Shown piece after piece: positions 11,901 through 24,999 of a stretch of DNA of 64,000 nucleotides. Made by a program: the position numbers and the translations under genes. Under the pieces are notes generated by a model. The model saw only the letters and a program-made list of their open reading frames with translations, did no database searches and was not told the DNA's origin. Positions within the stretch are counted from its first letter, which is position 1. Every line of letters begins with the position of its first letter. Origin of the DNA: Mobula hypostoma (Eukaryota); assembly GCF_963921235.1 (NCBI RefSeq), contig NC_086097.1, positions 102,984,001 to 103,048,000 on the forward strand, in the 5' to 3' direction.

Positions 11901-14213
11901 TCTTCCCTGTAATATAATGAGCTCCTGTTTGGTAGCCTCATGTGCAGCATCTTGTCAAAGACCTCTTGAAAATCCAAGTAAATGACATCCACTGCCTCTC
12001 CTTTGTCCACCCTGCTTGTTACTTCCTTGAAGAACTCTTAACAAGTTTATCAGGCAAGATTTCCCTTTACAGAATCCATGCTGATTTTAACTTACTTTTA
12101 TCATCGGTCTCCAAGAACCCCTGAAACTTCATCTTTAATAATAGACTCCAACACTTTCCTAACCACTAAGATTAGGCTAACTAGCCTATAATTTCCAGAG
12201 TTTTGCCTTCCTCCCATCTGAAAGAGTGGAATGACATTTGCAATCTTCTAGTACTCTGGGACCATGCCAGAATCAAGTGATTCTTGAAAGATCTCTAATA
12301 AGATCTGGTTAATTATACATCACCCAATCCAAGATGTCCTTTCCCCTAGTAGGCTCTAGCACAAGCTGCTATAAAAAACTATCTCATAGGCTTTCAACCG
12401 GTTCCCTCTCTTGCAATATGACACCAACCTGATTTTCCCAATCCCCTTGCATATTGAAGTTCCCCATTAGAATTGTGACATTACTCTTATACATGCCTTT
12501 TTCAACTACCTTTGCAATCTCATTCCCACACCTTGGATATTATTTGGAGGCCTATATATAATTCCCATAATGTTTTTTTTAAACCCTCGCAGTTTTTTAA
12601 CTCCACTCACAAAGATTTGACATTCTTTGACCCTATGTCACCTCTTTCTAAAGATGTAATTCCATTTCTTATCAACAGAGCCACACCACCACCTATGCCT
12701 TCCTGCCTGTCCTTTTGATACAAAGTATATCCTTTGATGTTAAACTCCAAACTATGACCTTCTTTCAGCCACAATACAGTGATGCCCACAATGCCATACT
12801 GACCAGTCTCTAATTGCGCCACGAGTTCATCCACCTTATTCTGAATGCTAAGTGCATTTAAATAAGCACCTTCAATCCTGCATTCTTCGCCCTTTTGAAT
12901 TTTGCCTCTGTGGTACAATTTAACTCTTTGTCTGCATTTGTACCCAATCATTGGCTTGGCCTTCCTTATATTCATGTTACATGATCATCTACTTGTAAAC
13001 CTGCTAGCTCATCCTCAGCTCTTTCATACTGGTTCCCATCACCTTGCCGTATTAGTTTAAACCACTCTCAACAGTTCCAGTAAACCTTCCCATAAGAATA
13101 TTGGTCCCCCTTGGATTCCAGTGCAACCTATCCCTTTGTTCAGGTCACACCTGCCCCAGGAGAGGTCCCATTGATCTGGAAATCTGAATCCCTGTGTTCA
13201 GATTTCTGCCATCTCATTCCATTCCTATACTCACTGTCACGTGGCACAGGTAGCAATTCTGAGATTACTCCCCTTGAGGTCCTGCTTCTTAGCTTCCTTC
13301 CTAACTCATTGTATTCTATTTTCAGGACCGCTTCTCTTTTTCTACTTCTGTTATTGGTACCAATAGATACCATGACTCCTGGCTGCTCGCCCTCCCTTTT
13401 CAGGCTACTGCAGATGTGTTAAGAAACTTCGCGGATCTTGGCACTTGGGATCCAAACTACCATCCATGTTTCTTTTTCATGTCCATAGAATGGCCTATCT
13501 GTCCCTCTCACTATAGACTACCCTATTACCGCTGCCATCCTCTTCAGTTCCCTACCTTTCTGAGCCAGACTCAGTGCCAGAGGCACGACCGCTGTTGCTT
13601 CCCCCAGGTAGGTTGTCCCCCCCCCGCCCCCCAGCAGTACTCAAAATGAAGTATTTATTGTTGAAGAGAGTGGCCGCAGGTGTGTTCTCTGTCTGATGAT
13701 CTCCCTTTCCCCTCCTGACAGTCACTCATTTATTTGTCTCCTGTAGCCTTGGGGTGATTACCTACCTGTAGCTCCTGTCTATCACCTCTTCACTTTCCCT
13801 GAGAAGCTGAAGGTCATCGAGCTACTGCTCCAGTTCTCTAACATGGTCTTTAAGGTGCTGACTCTTGATGCAGCTTGTGCCATTGCGGCCATCAGGGAGG
13901 CTGGTAGTCACCTGGAAATCCCACATCTGACACCCAGAACAGAACACTGGCCCTGTAGACATACCCTGTATTCTCTCAAGAGTTAAATAAGAAAAAAGAA
14001 ATAAGGAATGAACTTGCCTTCTTACCTTACCTCCACCTGTTTTCACCAAAGTTCTACCATCCTGACACAGACCGATCCCACGATGATCGCTGCTGTAGAC
14101 GGTACACCTCTTTTATGGAGACGGTGTTTTTAAAGCCCCTTTCCAGACTTGTGCAGGAATGCTCCTACTGTGTCTGTGCCATACTCTCATCAAAGACTCC
14201 TGTTTGGAAAAAC

Positions 14214-14341
14214 AGGAGTCCTGACAAAGGATCTTGGCCCAAAAGGTCGACTATAGATGCTGCCTGGCCTGCTGCATTCACCAGCATTTTTTGTGTGTGT
14301 GTGTGTTGCTTGAATTTCCAGCATCTGCAGAATTCCTCGTA
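14214..14341 (+). mobile_element. Penelope-derived hammerhead mini-element (degenerate core)
   Basis: agtcctgacaaaggatcttggcccaaaaggtcgact...cagcatctgcagaattcctcgt. TSD TTTGGAAAAAC at 14203-14213 and 14342-14352. Confidence 0.82.
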
Positions 14342-14641
14342 TTTGGAAAAACTTACTGCTTTTTAAAACTCCTTGTCAGACTTGTGCTGGAACACTTCTA
14401 CTGCAGTTGGTATACAAGTAGACGCAGTGTGCACTGAGACTGTGAGGAAGGATAGGCATTTGATATGACAAAATTGCAGTCAGTGGGATGAGCTGAAATG
14501 TAACATGGGGCGAAATCAAACAGGGTGATGAAGGCAGGACTAAACAAATCTATGCAGTATATTGCCTAAGGTTGATGATCTTCTAATAGAGTTAGACATT
14601 GTGGGCAGCACTGAGTAGTGCTGATCATAGTTGGAACCTTA

Positions 14642-16208
14642 CAGTGCCAATAAAAAGTGTTCACTCCCCTTGGAAGTTTTCATGTTTTATTGTTTTATAA
14701 CATTATAAAAGTAAGTGGATTTACTTTGGGCTTTTTGACACCGATCAACAGAAAAAGGTTCTTCCGTGTCAAAGCGAAAACAGATCTCTACAATGTGATC
14801 TAAATTAATTACAAATATAAAACACAATATAGTTGATTGCATAAGTATTCACCCCCTTTAATATGGCATACCAAATTGTTACTGGTGTAGTCAATTGGTT
14901 TTGGAAGTCACATAATTAGTTAAATGGAGATCTGTTTTTGGAGACCTGTGTGTAATCAAGGTGATTCAATTGATTGTTGTAAAATAGACCTGTATCTGGA
15001 AGGTCCAGCTACTAATGAGTCAGTATCCTAGCAGAAACTACACCACGAAGACAAAAGAACATTCCAGGCAACTCCATGAAAAGGTTATTGAAAAGCACAA
15101 GTCAGGAGATGGAAATTTTTAAGTCACTGAATATCCCTTGGAGTACAGTTAAGTCAATCATCAAGAAATGGTAAGAATATGGCACAGCTGTAAATCTGCG
15201 TAGAACAGGCCATCCTAAAAAAACTGGATGACTGTGCAAGAAGGAGACTAGTAAGGGAGGGCACCAAGAGACCTTTGACAACCCTGGAGGAGTTACTAGC
15301 TCCAGTGGCTGAGATGGGAGAGACAGGGCATACAACAACTGTTCCCAGGTGCTTCACCAGTCACAGCTTTATGGGAGCATGGCAAAGAGAAAGCCACTGT
15401 TGGGAAAAAAAAACTCTCATGAAATCTTGGCTAGTCTTTGCCAGAAGGCATGTGAGAATCTGTGAAGTCAGCTGGAAGAAGGTTCTACGGTGTGATGAAA
15501 CCAAAATTGAGCACTTTGGCTATCAGACTAAACACTGTTTGGCATAAGTCTGTCATCAAAAACACACTATCCCTACTGTGAAGCATTGTGGTGGCTGCAT
15601 CATGCTGTGGGGATGCTTCACTACAGCAGGCCCTCGAAGGCTTGTGAAGGTAGAGGGTAAAATTAATGCAACAAAATACAGGGATATCCTGGAGGAAAAC
15701 ATGATGCAGTCTTGAAGAGAATTGCAACTTGGGAGAAGATTTGTTTTCCACCAAGACAATGACCCCAAACATAAAGCCAAAGCTACACAGGAATGGTTTA
15801 AAACCAGCAAGGTTAATGTTCTGGAGTGGCCAAGTCAGTCCAGGCCTTAATCCAATTGAAAATTTGTGGCTGGAGCTGAAAAGGGCTGTTCATTCATGAT
15901 CTCCATACAACCTGCCAGAGCTTGAGCAGTCTTGTAAAGAAGAATGGGGAAAAATCGCTATGTCCAGGTGTGCAAAGCTGATGACCTATCCACATAGACT
16001 CAAGGCTGTAATTGCTACCAAAGGTGCATCTACTAAATATTGACTTGAAGGGGTGAATACTTACGCAATCAATTTTATTTTGTGTTTTACATTTGTAATT
16101 AATTTAGATCACTTTGTAGAGATCTATTTTCACTTTGACACAAGTTTGGTTTTGTTGATCAGTTTCAAAAAAAACTCAATTAAATCCACTGTGATTCAAT
16201 GTTAGAAA
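14642..16208 (+). mobile_element. Tc1-like (IR/DR type) DNA transposon, transposase pseudogene
   Basis: TA|CAGTG start and a left TIR of about 210 bp with internal direct repeats (aagtgttcactcccc, aagtattcacccc). Partial right TIR at 16045-16208. DETK, QDNDPKH and LNPIE motifs with frameshifts. Confidence 0.9.
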
Positions 16209-18015
16209 GAGGATCAGAAGCCAGAATGTGGGATACAAATTAGAACAGGAGATAGAAAAGGCATGTAAAAAGGGGAGTGTTGCCATAGTCATTGAGCTTT
16301 CATTATGCACGAAGATTGGGAAAGTCAGGTTGGTTCTGGATCCCAAGAGAGGGAATTTGCTTACGAGGTGGCCTTTCAGAACAGCTTGTATTTGTGCCCA
16401 AGAGGGGAAAGGCTATTCTGGATTGGGTGTTGGGTAATGAACCAAATTTGCTTTGGAAGCTTAAGTTAAGGATCCATTAGGCAGTGATCATAATGTGGTA
16501 GCATTCATCCTGCAGTTTGAGAGGGACATGCTAAACTTTGATGTATCAGTATTACAGTGCAGTAAAGGGAATTAGACTTGAAAGAGGAGCTGGCCAAAGT
16601 TGATTGGAAGGGGACAGCAGCAGGGATAGTGGCAGAACAGCCCTGGCTGGAGTTTCTGGGAACAATTTTGGAAGGCGTAAGATAGATACATCCAAGGAAG
16701 AAGTAGTATTCTAAAAGGAGCCCAAGGCAACCATGGCTGATGAGGGAAGTCAAAGACAGCATAAAAGCAAAGAAGAGGGCTTATGATATAGCATAAAACT
16801 TCCCACTAGTTTAAAACACCAACAGAAGGCATAAGGAGAGAAAAGATAAAATATGAAGGTAAGGGAGCTAGTAATATAGGTGTTTTTTTTCAGGTATGTA
16901 AGTAAAAGAGTGGATATTGGACTGCTGAAAAATGCTGGAGTGGTAGTAATTGGGGACAAAGAAATGGCAGACAAACTTAAGTATTTTGTGTCAGTCTTCA
17001 CTAAGGAAGACACTACCAGTGTGCCAGAAATTCAAGTGCCAGGGCAGAAGTGAGTGTAAACCAGTGAGTTGTTTGTTATGTCTCCCCTCTCGCTGTGAAA
17101 CGGAGACATTTCTTTCTCCCTTATTAGGGAGAGACCTGTGGTATGTTGAATACCGGGTGAATGAGTAGTCTTTGGGGTACTGCAAGTCTGTGTCTTTGCT
17201 GTTGCTTTACTGCACGCTTGAGTACTCGGTGATGGGTGCCGATGCGCTTTTTTTTTGCTGGTGGGGGGGGGGGAGAATCATTGCTGACACGTGGGAGGGA
17301 GGGGAGCTGGGGGAGACTTTGGGTTTGTAACATTTAACTATCATTCATTCTTTTGGGGGCACTCCTCTGTTTTCGTGTATGGTTGTGACGAAAAAGCATT
17401 TCAGGATGTATATTGTATATATTTCTCTGACATTAAATGTACCTTTGTAACATTTGAATTGGTCAGACTGCAGCTGGTGTATTGTGAGCAGTTTTGGGCT
17501 GCTTATCTAAGATGTGTTGGCATTGGAGAGTGTTTAGAGGAGGTTCACGGGAATGATTCCTGGAATGAAAGAGTTGATGTATGAGGAGCATTTGATGACT
17601 CAGAGCCTGCACTTGCTGGAGTTTAGAAGAATGAAACAGGCGATCTCATTGAAACCTATCAAATTGAAAGTTGTAGATAGAATGAATATGGAGAAGATGC
17701 TTCCTATAGTTGGGGTGGGGGAGCGGTGTCAAGGACCAGAGAGCACAGCCTCAGAATAGAAGGATGTCCATTTAGAACAGCCGAGGAATTTCTTTAGCCA
17801 GGAGGTGGTGAATTAATGCCACAGATGGCCGTGGAGGCCGTCATTTTTTTGTATTTAAAACAGAGATTGATATGTTCTTGATTAGTGAGGGTGTGAAAGG
17901 TTATGGGGAGAAGGCAGGTGGATGGGGTTGAGAGGGATAATAAATTAGCCATGATGGAATAGTGGAGGGGACTCAGTGGGTTGAATGACCCAATTGTGCT
18001 CCAATGTCTTATAGT
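16209..18015 (+). mobile_element. Decayed CR1 LINE fragments (5' piece probably 14480-14640, split by the Tc1)
   Basis: PKRGKAILDWVLGNEP, plus a CR1-type 3' end around 17760-18015. Confidence 0.7.
17055..17460 (+). repeat. Unclassified interspersed repeat with Rex-like 3' tail, inside CR1
   Basis: Abrupt change from CR1 sequence. Ends gcatttcaggatgtatattgtat...cattaaatgtacctttg, resembling the Rex-type tails elsewhere in the window. Confidence 0.4.
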
Positions 18016-18291
18016 TATTATATCAGAGAATCTCAAAGAAAGCACATACTTCTAAGTTTGTGCAATCAGCATGTCATCAAAAACTTTGACAAATGTCTGC
18101 AGATGCACAGTACGGCTTATCCTGACTGATTGCATCATGGCCTGGTATGGAAACATCAGTGCCCAAGAATGGGAAAATCATTGATTCTATTGTATTTCTT
18201 TGTTTTACTTTGCCTGCTAGAAAATAGATCTCAATAGTATTTCATGACATATATTGACTGAGATAACAAATTTACTTTGAATTTTGAATTA

Positions 18292-19034
18292 CAGTGGATT
18301 TTGATTAATTGGGAACAGTACATTTTGGTCCATTTAAGTGGCAGCCCCAAAGTAGCTGAAGTTTCATAGTTACAAGGTATAAAAATGACAACCTCAGTTT
18401 AACTGAATAACCAATTATGTATTTAAATGAAATACAGAACAAATTATTAGAACACTGCCAATGCTACTACAGTACTATAAAACTGCATTAGCCCCTAATA
18501 GTTAACAACAGAGGAATCATTCAGTATACATCCATGTTTTTTTAATGACTGAAAATGAACAAAATCAGTGTAGACCCTTAGTGCAGATAACGGACTGCCT
18601 TCATACAATGCTTTCAATGATTGCATCCTCCAGGTCTTCATTTTCATGGCAACATTTAAGATGATCGTCAATGCCTTCAAATTCAAATTCTTCATTGTCC
18701 CTAACTTGTTGGAGTCGCAAAATAATTTCATTTTCAATCCAAGCCTGAATGCTTGAAGCCACAGTGACAAAAATCACTGCTTTTTGAAACACAACATGCC
18801 ACTGTCACTATTTTTAAAAACTCTTCGCTGTAAACACAGTGCAGTGTCTAATAGCCCAACTGACGTTAGTTAGAAACTGTTTGGCAACAGTCTTCTGTCC
18901 CAATTAAGCAATATAGTGTCCCAAATAAACAAAGGGAATCCAGGCTATTTTTTTCAATTTGTTATTCTTGAAGAGTTGTCCCAAATATGCACCTGCCCTG
19001 ATTAATCAATGGCTTAATTAAGCGGAAACCAGTG
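18292..19034 (-). mobile_element. Tigger/pogo-like deleted DNA transposon
   Basis: TA|CAGTGGATTTTGATTAATTGGG start with an imperfect inverted end ...TTAATTAAGCGGAAACCAGTG|TA. Acidic transposase-like C-terminus at 18601-18792. Related to 53019-53600. Confidence 0.65.
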
Positions 19035-19039
19035 TATGT

Positions 19040-19515
19040 ATTAGCTTTGAGCGCAGTGCAGAGGAGGTTCATCAAGTTGATTTGGGAAATGAGAGAGTTA
19101 GCCTATGAAGAGAGATTGAGTCACCTAGGACTATATTTGCTGAATTCAGAAGAATGAGAAAGGATCTTATAGGAACATAACATAATGAAAGGGATAGATA
19201 AGATAGGGGTAGGAAAGTTGTTTCCACTGGTAAGAGATGAGAACGAGAGGGAATAGATTTAGAATGGAAATGAGGAGAAACTAATTTTCTGGAGGGTTGT
19301 GAATCTGTGGAATCCTCTGCCCAGGGAAGCAGCAGAGGCTACCTCACTAAATATATTGAAAACAAATGCTTTTGCACAGTGGCAGAGATGAGGATTATGG
19401 GGGGAAAAGGCAGATAAGTGGAGCTGGGTGCATAGCCAGATCAGCTGAGATCGTATTGAATGGCAGAGCAGGCTCAATGGGCCAGATGGCCTACTGCTGA
19501 GACTATTTCTCATGT
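19040..19515 (+). mobile_element. CR1 LINE 3' end fragment
   Basis: gtgcagaggaggttc...gagggttgtgaatctgtggaatcctctgccc...gggccagatggcctact. Confidence 0.75.
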
Positions 19516-20544
19516 AATTACAGTTGCAAGAAAGTTTGTGAAGTCTTTGCAAATACCGAGTTTTCTGCATTACTTACTCATAAAATGTGGTCTGATCTTC
19601 ATCTAAGTCACAATTAGAGACAAACACAATGTGCCTAAACTAATAACGCAAACAATTGTACTTCATCTTGTCAAAATGGATTGTACCTTTTTAAATAATC
19701 AGTCTAGGTTCAAAAAAAGTATGTGAACCTCTGGGGTAATGCCTTCTACAAGAACAATTTAGAGTTGGGGGTTCCAGTCAGTGAGATGAGATTGGAGGTG
19801 TGGATTGTAGAGGTGCCCTGCCCTATTTTAAAAACAAGTCACACAAAGTCAGGTTACTGACAAAGCCTGCTGTTCTCGAGAAAGATCTATTTATGAGCAC
19901 CATGCCTCGATCAAAACAACCCTCGAAAAAGCTACAAAAGCATTTCTAAAGACGTGAGTGTTCATCAGTCCACAGTAAGAGAAATTGCCTACAAATGGAG
20001 GAAACGCAGTAATGTTGTTACTCCCCCTTGGAGTGGGCATCCTTCAAAGGTCACACCAAGAGCACAACGTGCAATACTGAAGGAGATGAAAAAGAACCCA
20101 AGGGTAACAGCAAAAGACCTGCAGAAATCTCCAGAACTTGCTAAAGTCTCTGTTCATACATGAAAAACACTGAACAAGAATGTTCATTGAAAGAAACCAC
20201 TACTCTCCAAAAACAAAATACTGCACATCTCAAGTTTGCAAAAGACCATTTGGATGTTCCACAACACTTCTGGGACTGTTCTGTGAACAAAAATTGAACT
20301 GTTTGACCAAAATGCATTTGCATTTGGCACTGCACATTAACACCAAAATCTCATCCCAACTGTGAAGCACGGTGGAAGGAGCATCATGGTTTGGTGCTGC
20401 TTTGCTACCTCAGGACCTGGACAACTTGCAATTGTTGAGGGAACAGTGAATTCAAAATTATATGAAGGCATTTTACAGGAGAATGTCACGGTAGCAGTCC
20501 GTCACCTGAAGCTTAATAGAAGTTGGATGATGCAACAAGAAATT

Positions 20545-23500
20545 TTTTGATCAAGGCACGACAGCGAAGGCGTGTGGATATCAGCAAGTTTGACCGGCGG
20601 GAAGACTTTAAAAGGAGATCATTTTTTTTTCAGCGGTTTAATTGAGGCATGACAGTAGAGGCATGTGGACGTCAGCGAGTTAGACCAGCAGGAAGAATTT
20701 AAAAGGAGATGATTTTTTCTACAGCGATTTGATGGAGGCAAGACTGAGCAGGCGCGTGGACATCAGTGAGTTAGAACGGCGAAAAGAATTTATAAAAGAA
20801 GACAGCTTTGTAGAGCAGGTGTCAGAGTAGAGGGAGTCAGAGTAGGAGTGCTATGGCTCAATGGGGCTTCGGTGATAACGGGTCGAGGTGAGGTAAGTTA
20901 CTTGTGAAGAATAGGAATAGGAAGTGTGTCTGCGAGCCTGATGTCCTGGCTGGGTGTCAGATGTGGGATGACCGGGAGACTCCCAGCCTCCTGGATGGCC
21001 ACAGCTACACCAGGTGCGTCGAGCTGCAGTTCCTTCGGGACCAGGTTAGGAAACTGGAGCTGCAGCTCGATGACCTTCTTCTGGTCAGGGAGAGTGAGGA
21101 GGTGATAGAGAGGAGCAAAAGACATTAGTCACACGGAGGCCTTGGGAGACAGATAAGTGGGTAACAGTCAGGAGAGAGAAGGGCAGGAGTCAGATACTAG
21201 AGAGTACCCCTGTGGCTGTCCCCCTTAACAATAAGTACTCCTGTTTGAGTACTGTTGGGGGTGACGACCTACCTGGGGGATGCAACAGTGGTCGTGCATT
21301 TGGCAGAGAGTCTGACCCTGTGGCTCAGAAGGGCAGGGAAAGCAAGTGGATGGCAGCAGTGATGGGGCACTCTATAGTTAGGGGGTCAGTCAGACGATTC
21401 TGTGGATGCAGGAAAGAAACACAGATGATAGTTTACCTCCTGGGATGTTTCTGATCGAGTCCACAATATCCTGAAGTGGGAAGGTGAACAGCCAGAGGTT
21501 GTGATATTGGTACCAACGACATAAGTAGGAAAAGGGGGGAGGTCCTGAAAACAGATTACAGGGAGTTAGGAAAGAAGCTGAGAAGCAGGACCACGAGGTT
21601 AGTATTCTCGGGCTTACTGCCTGTGTCACGGTGAGTATAGGAACACAGTGAGGTGGAGGATAATTGTGTGGTTGTGGGATTGGAGCAGAGGGCAGAGATT
21701 CAGATTCCTGGATCATTGGAACCTCATTTGGGGCAGGCATGACCTGTACAAAAAGGATGGGTTGCACTTGAATCAGAGGGGGACCAATATCCTGGCAGAG
21801 AAGTTTGCTAAGGGTATTGGGGAGAATTTAAATTGGAATTGCTGGGGCGTGGGAACCAAACTGAAGAGACGGAGGAAGGGGCAGTTGGCTCACAAATAGA
21901 GGAAACTTATAGGTAGTGTGAGAGGGAGGATAGGCAGGTGATAGAGAAGGGATATGCTCAAACCAATGGTTTAAGCTGTGTCTATTTTAATGCAAGGAGT
22001 ATCATGAACAAAGCGGATGAGCTTACAGCGTGTATCAGTACTTGGCGCTGTGATGTTGTGATGGCTCAGGGGCAGGAATGGCTACTTAGAGTGCCAAGCT
22101 TTAGATGTTTCAGAAAGGACAAGGAGGGAGGCAAAAGAGGTGGGGGTGTGGCACTGCTGATCAGAGATAGTGTCACGGCTGCAGAAAAGGAGGAGGTCAT
22201 GGAGGGATTGTCTACTCTCTGTAGGTGGAAGTTAGAAACAGGAAGGGGTCAATAACTCTACTGGGTGTTTCTTATAGATCACCCAGTAGTAACAGGGACA
22301 TCGAGGAGCAGATAGGGAGACAGATTCTGGAATGGTGCACAATTAACTGGGTTGTCATGATGGGAGATTTTAATTTCCCAAATATTGATTGGCATCTCCC
22401 TAGAGCAAGGGGTTTAGATGGGGTTTGTTGGGTGTGTTCAGGAAGGTTTTCTGACACAATATGTAGATAAGCCTACAAGAGGAGAGGCTGTACAGTACTT
22501 GATCTGGTTTTGGGAAATGAACCTGGTCAGGTGTCAGGTCTCTCAGTGGGAGAATATTTTGGAGATGGTGATCACAATTCTATCTCCTTTACCATAGCAT
22601 TAGAGAGGGATAGGAACAGACAAGTCAGGAAAATGTTTAATTGGAGTAAAGAGAAATATGAAGCTATCAGTCAGGAACTTGGAAGCATAAATTGGGAACA
22701 GATATCCTTGGGGGAAATATACGGCAGAAATGTGGCAAATGATCGGGATATTTGTGTGGCGTTCTGCGTAGATATGTTCCAATGAGACAGGGAAAGGACG
22801 GTAGGGTACCATGGTGCACAAAGGCTGTAGAACATCTGGTCAAGAAGAAAAGAAGAGTTTATGAAAGGTTCAAAAAATTAGGTAATGATAGAGATCTGGG
22901 AGATTATAAGGCTAACAGGAAGGAGTTTAAGAATGAAATTAGGAGAGCCAAAGGGGCCCATGAGCAGGCCTTTGCGAGCAGGATTAAGGAAACCCCTAAG
23001 GCATTCTACAAGTATGTGAAGAGCAAGAGATTAAGATGTGAGAGAATAGGACCAATGAAGTGTGTCAGTGGAAAAGTGTGTATGGAACCGGAAGAAGTAG
23101 CGGAGGTACTTAATGAATACTTTGCTTCAGTATTCACTATGGAAAAGGACCTTTGTGATTTATAGGGAAGACTTGCAATGGACTGAAAAACTTGAGTATA
23201 TATACATTAGAAAAGATGATGTACTGGACGTTTTGGAAGCATCAAGTTGGATAAGTCACTGGGACCCGACGAAATATACCTCAGGCTACTGTGGGAGAGG
23301 AGGGAGGAGATTGCTGAGCCTCTGGCAATGATCTTTGCATCATCATTGTGAACGGGAGAGGTTCCAGAGGATGGGAGGGTTTCAGATGTTGTTCCCTTCT
23401 TCAAGAAAGGGAGTAGAGATAGCCCAGAAAATTATAGCCCAGTGAGTCTTACTTCAGTGATTGGTAAGTTGATGGAAAAGATCCTGAGAGGCAGGCTTTA

Positions 23501-24735
23501 TGAAGATTTGGAGATGCATAATATGATTAGGAATAGTCCGCATGGTTTTGTTAAAGGTAGGTCGTGCCTTACAAGCGTGATTGAATTTTTTGAGGATGTG
23601 ACTAAACACATTGAAGGTAGAGCAGTGGATGTAGTGTATATGGATTTCATAAGGTACCCCATGCAAAGCTTATTGACAAAGTAAGGAGGCATGGGATTCA
23701 AGAGGACCTTGCTTTGTGAATCCAGAGTGGTTGTAGATGAGTCATATTCTGCATGGAGATCGGTGACCAGTGGTTTGCCTCAGGGATCTGTTCTGGGACC
23801 CCTTCTCCTCGTGATTTTTATAAATGACCTGGATGAATGGGTTAGTAAATTTGCTGATGACACAAAGGTTGGGGGTGTTGTGGATAGTGTGGAGGCCTGT
23901 CAGAGGTTACAGTGGGACATCGATAGGATGCAAAACTGGGCTGAGAAGTGGCAGATGGAGTTCAACCCAGATGAGTGTAAGGTGGTTCATTTTGGTAGGT
24001 CAAATATGATGGCAGAATATAGTATTAATGGTAAGTCACTTGGCAGTGTGGGGATCGGGGGTTCTTGGGGTCCGAGTACATAGGACACTCAAAGCTTCTG
24101 TGCAGCTTGACTGTGTGGTTAAGAAGGCACACGATGTATTGGTCTTTATCAACCGTGGGATTGAGTTCAAGAGCTGAGACGTAATGTGACAACAATATAG
24201 GAGCCTGGTCAGACCCCACTTGGAGTACTGTGCTCAGTTCTGGTCACCTCACTACAGGGAGGATGTGGAAACTATAGAAAGGGTGCAGAGGAGATTTACA
24301 AGGATGTTGCCTGGATTGGAGAGCATGCCTTATGAGAATAGGTCGAGTGAACTTGCCCTTTATTCCTTGGAATGACAGAGGATGAGAGGTGTATAAGATG
24401 ATGAGAGGCATTGATCATGTGAATAGTCAGAGGCTTTTCCCAGGGCTGAAATGGCTAGCACGAAAGGACACAGTTTTAGGATGTAGGTACAGAGGAGATA
24501 TCAGGGGTAGGTTTTTTACGTAGAAAGTGGTGAGTGTGTGGAATGGGCTGCTGGCGACAGTGGTGGAGGCAGATACGATAAGGTCCTTTAAGAGACTCCT
24601 GGATAGGTACATGGAGTTTAGAAAAATAGAGGGCTATGGGTAACCCTAGGTAATTTTTAAAGTAAGTACATGTTTGGCACAGCATTATGGGCTGAAGGGC
24701 CTGTATTGTGCTGTAGGTTTTCTATGTTTCTATAA
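20545..24735 (+). mobile_element. Near full-length CR1 LINE (5' UTR, ORF1 Zn-finger/SGNH esterase, ORF2 APE-RT), decayed
   Basis: CQMW...TRC, VMGHSIVRG, YFNARSIMNKADEL, MGDFNFPNIDW, SGLPQGSVLGPLL...KFADDTK, and a (TTTCTATG)n tail at about 24718-24735. Confidence 0.93.
20554..20800 (+). repeat. Three tandem 91-bp monomers in the CR1 5' UTR (third partial)
   Basis: Units start AGGCA at 20554, 20645 and 20736. Each has gtggaYRtcag and a ttta(t)aaag box. Confidence 0.85.
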
Positions 24736-24999
24736 TAAGGAATTGATCTGATAGACCAGTAAATGAACACCAGAATGGTTTAAAAAGAAGAAAATTTGTG
24801 TTTTGGAATGGTCAAGTCAGAGTGCAGACCAATTGAGATGCTGTGGCATGACCTGGAGAGGGCTGTCCATGCAAGCTATCCCAGAAATATTAATGAACTG
24901 AAACAGTTTTGTATGAAGGAGTGGTCTAAAATTAATCTTTGCCATTGCGCAAGTCTGATCAGCAGCAGGAAATGCTTGGTGGAGATTATCGCTGCTGAA

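Larger units (their letters stand above)
10038..14440 (-). mobile_element. Composite CR1 LINE(s): 3' end, duplicated RT segment, APE, ORF1 and 5' UTR
   Basis: LYKTLVRPHLEY (10502-10726), YLNALSIQNKVDEL...KDRQEGIGGGVALLI (12607-12975), ORF1 CSGCQMW (13822-14049). The same RT segment occurs twice (about 11186 and 11971). Confidence 0.8.
19521..24998 (+). mobile_element. Tc1-like transposon split by a full-length CR1
   Basis: TA|CAGTTGCAAG start. VHQSTVREIAYKW and VKHGGRSIMVWCCF...WMMQQ up to 20544, resuming at about 24737 with PIEMLWHDLERAVH...ELKQFCMKEWSKI. Confidence 0.88.

Noticed and set aside
20554..20800. CRISPR-like or spacer-containing array
   Set aside because: The units are contiguous diverged tandem monomers with no unique spacers, in a eukaryotic LINE 5' UTR.
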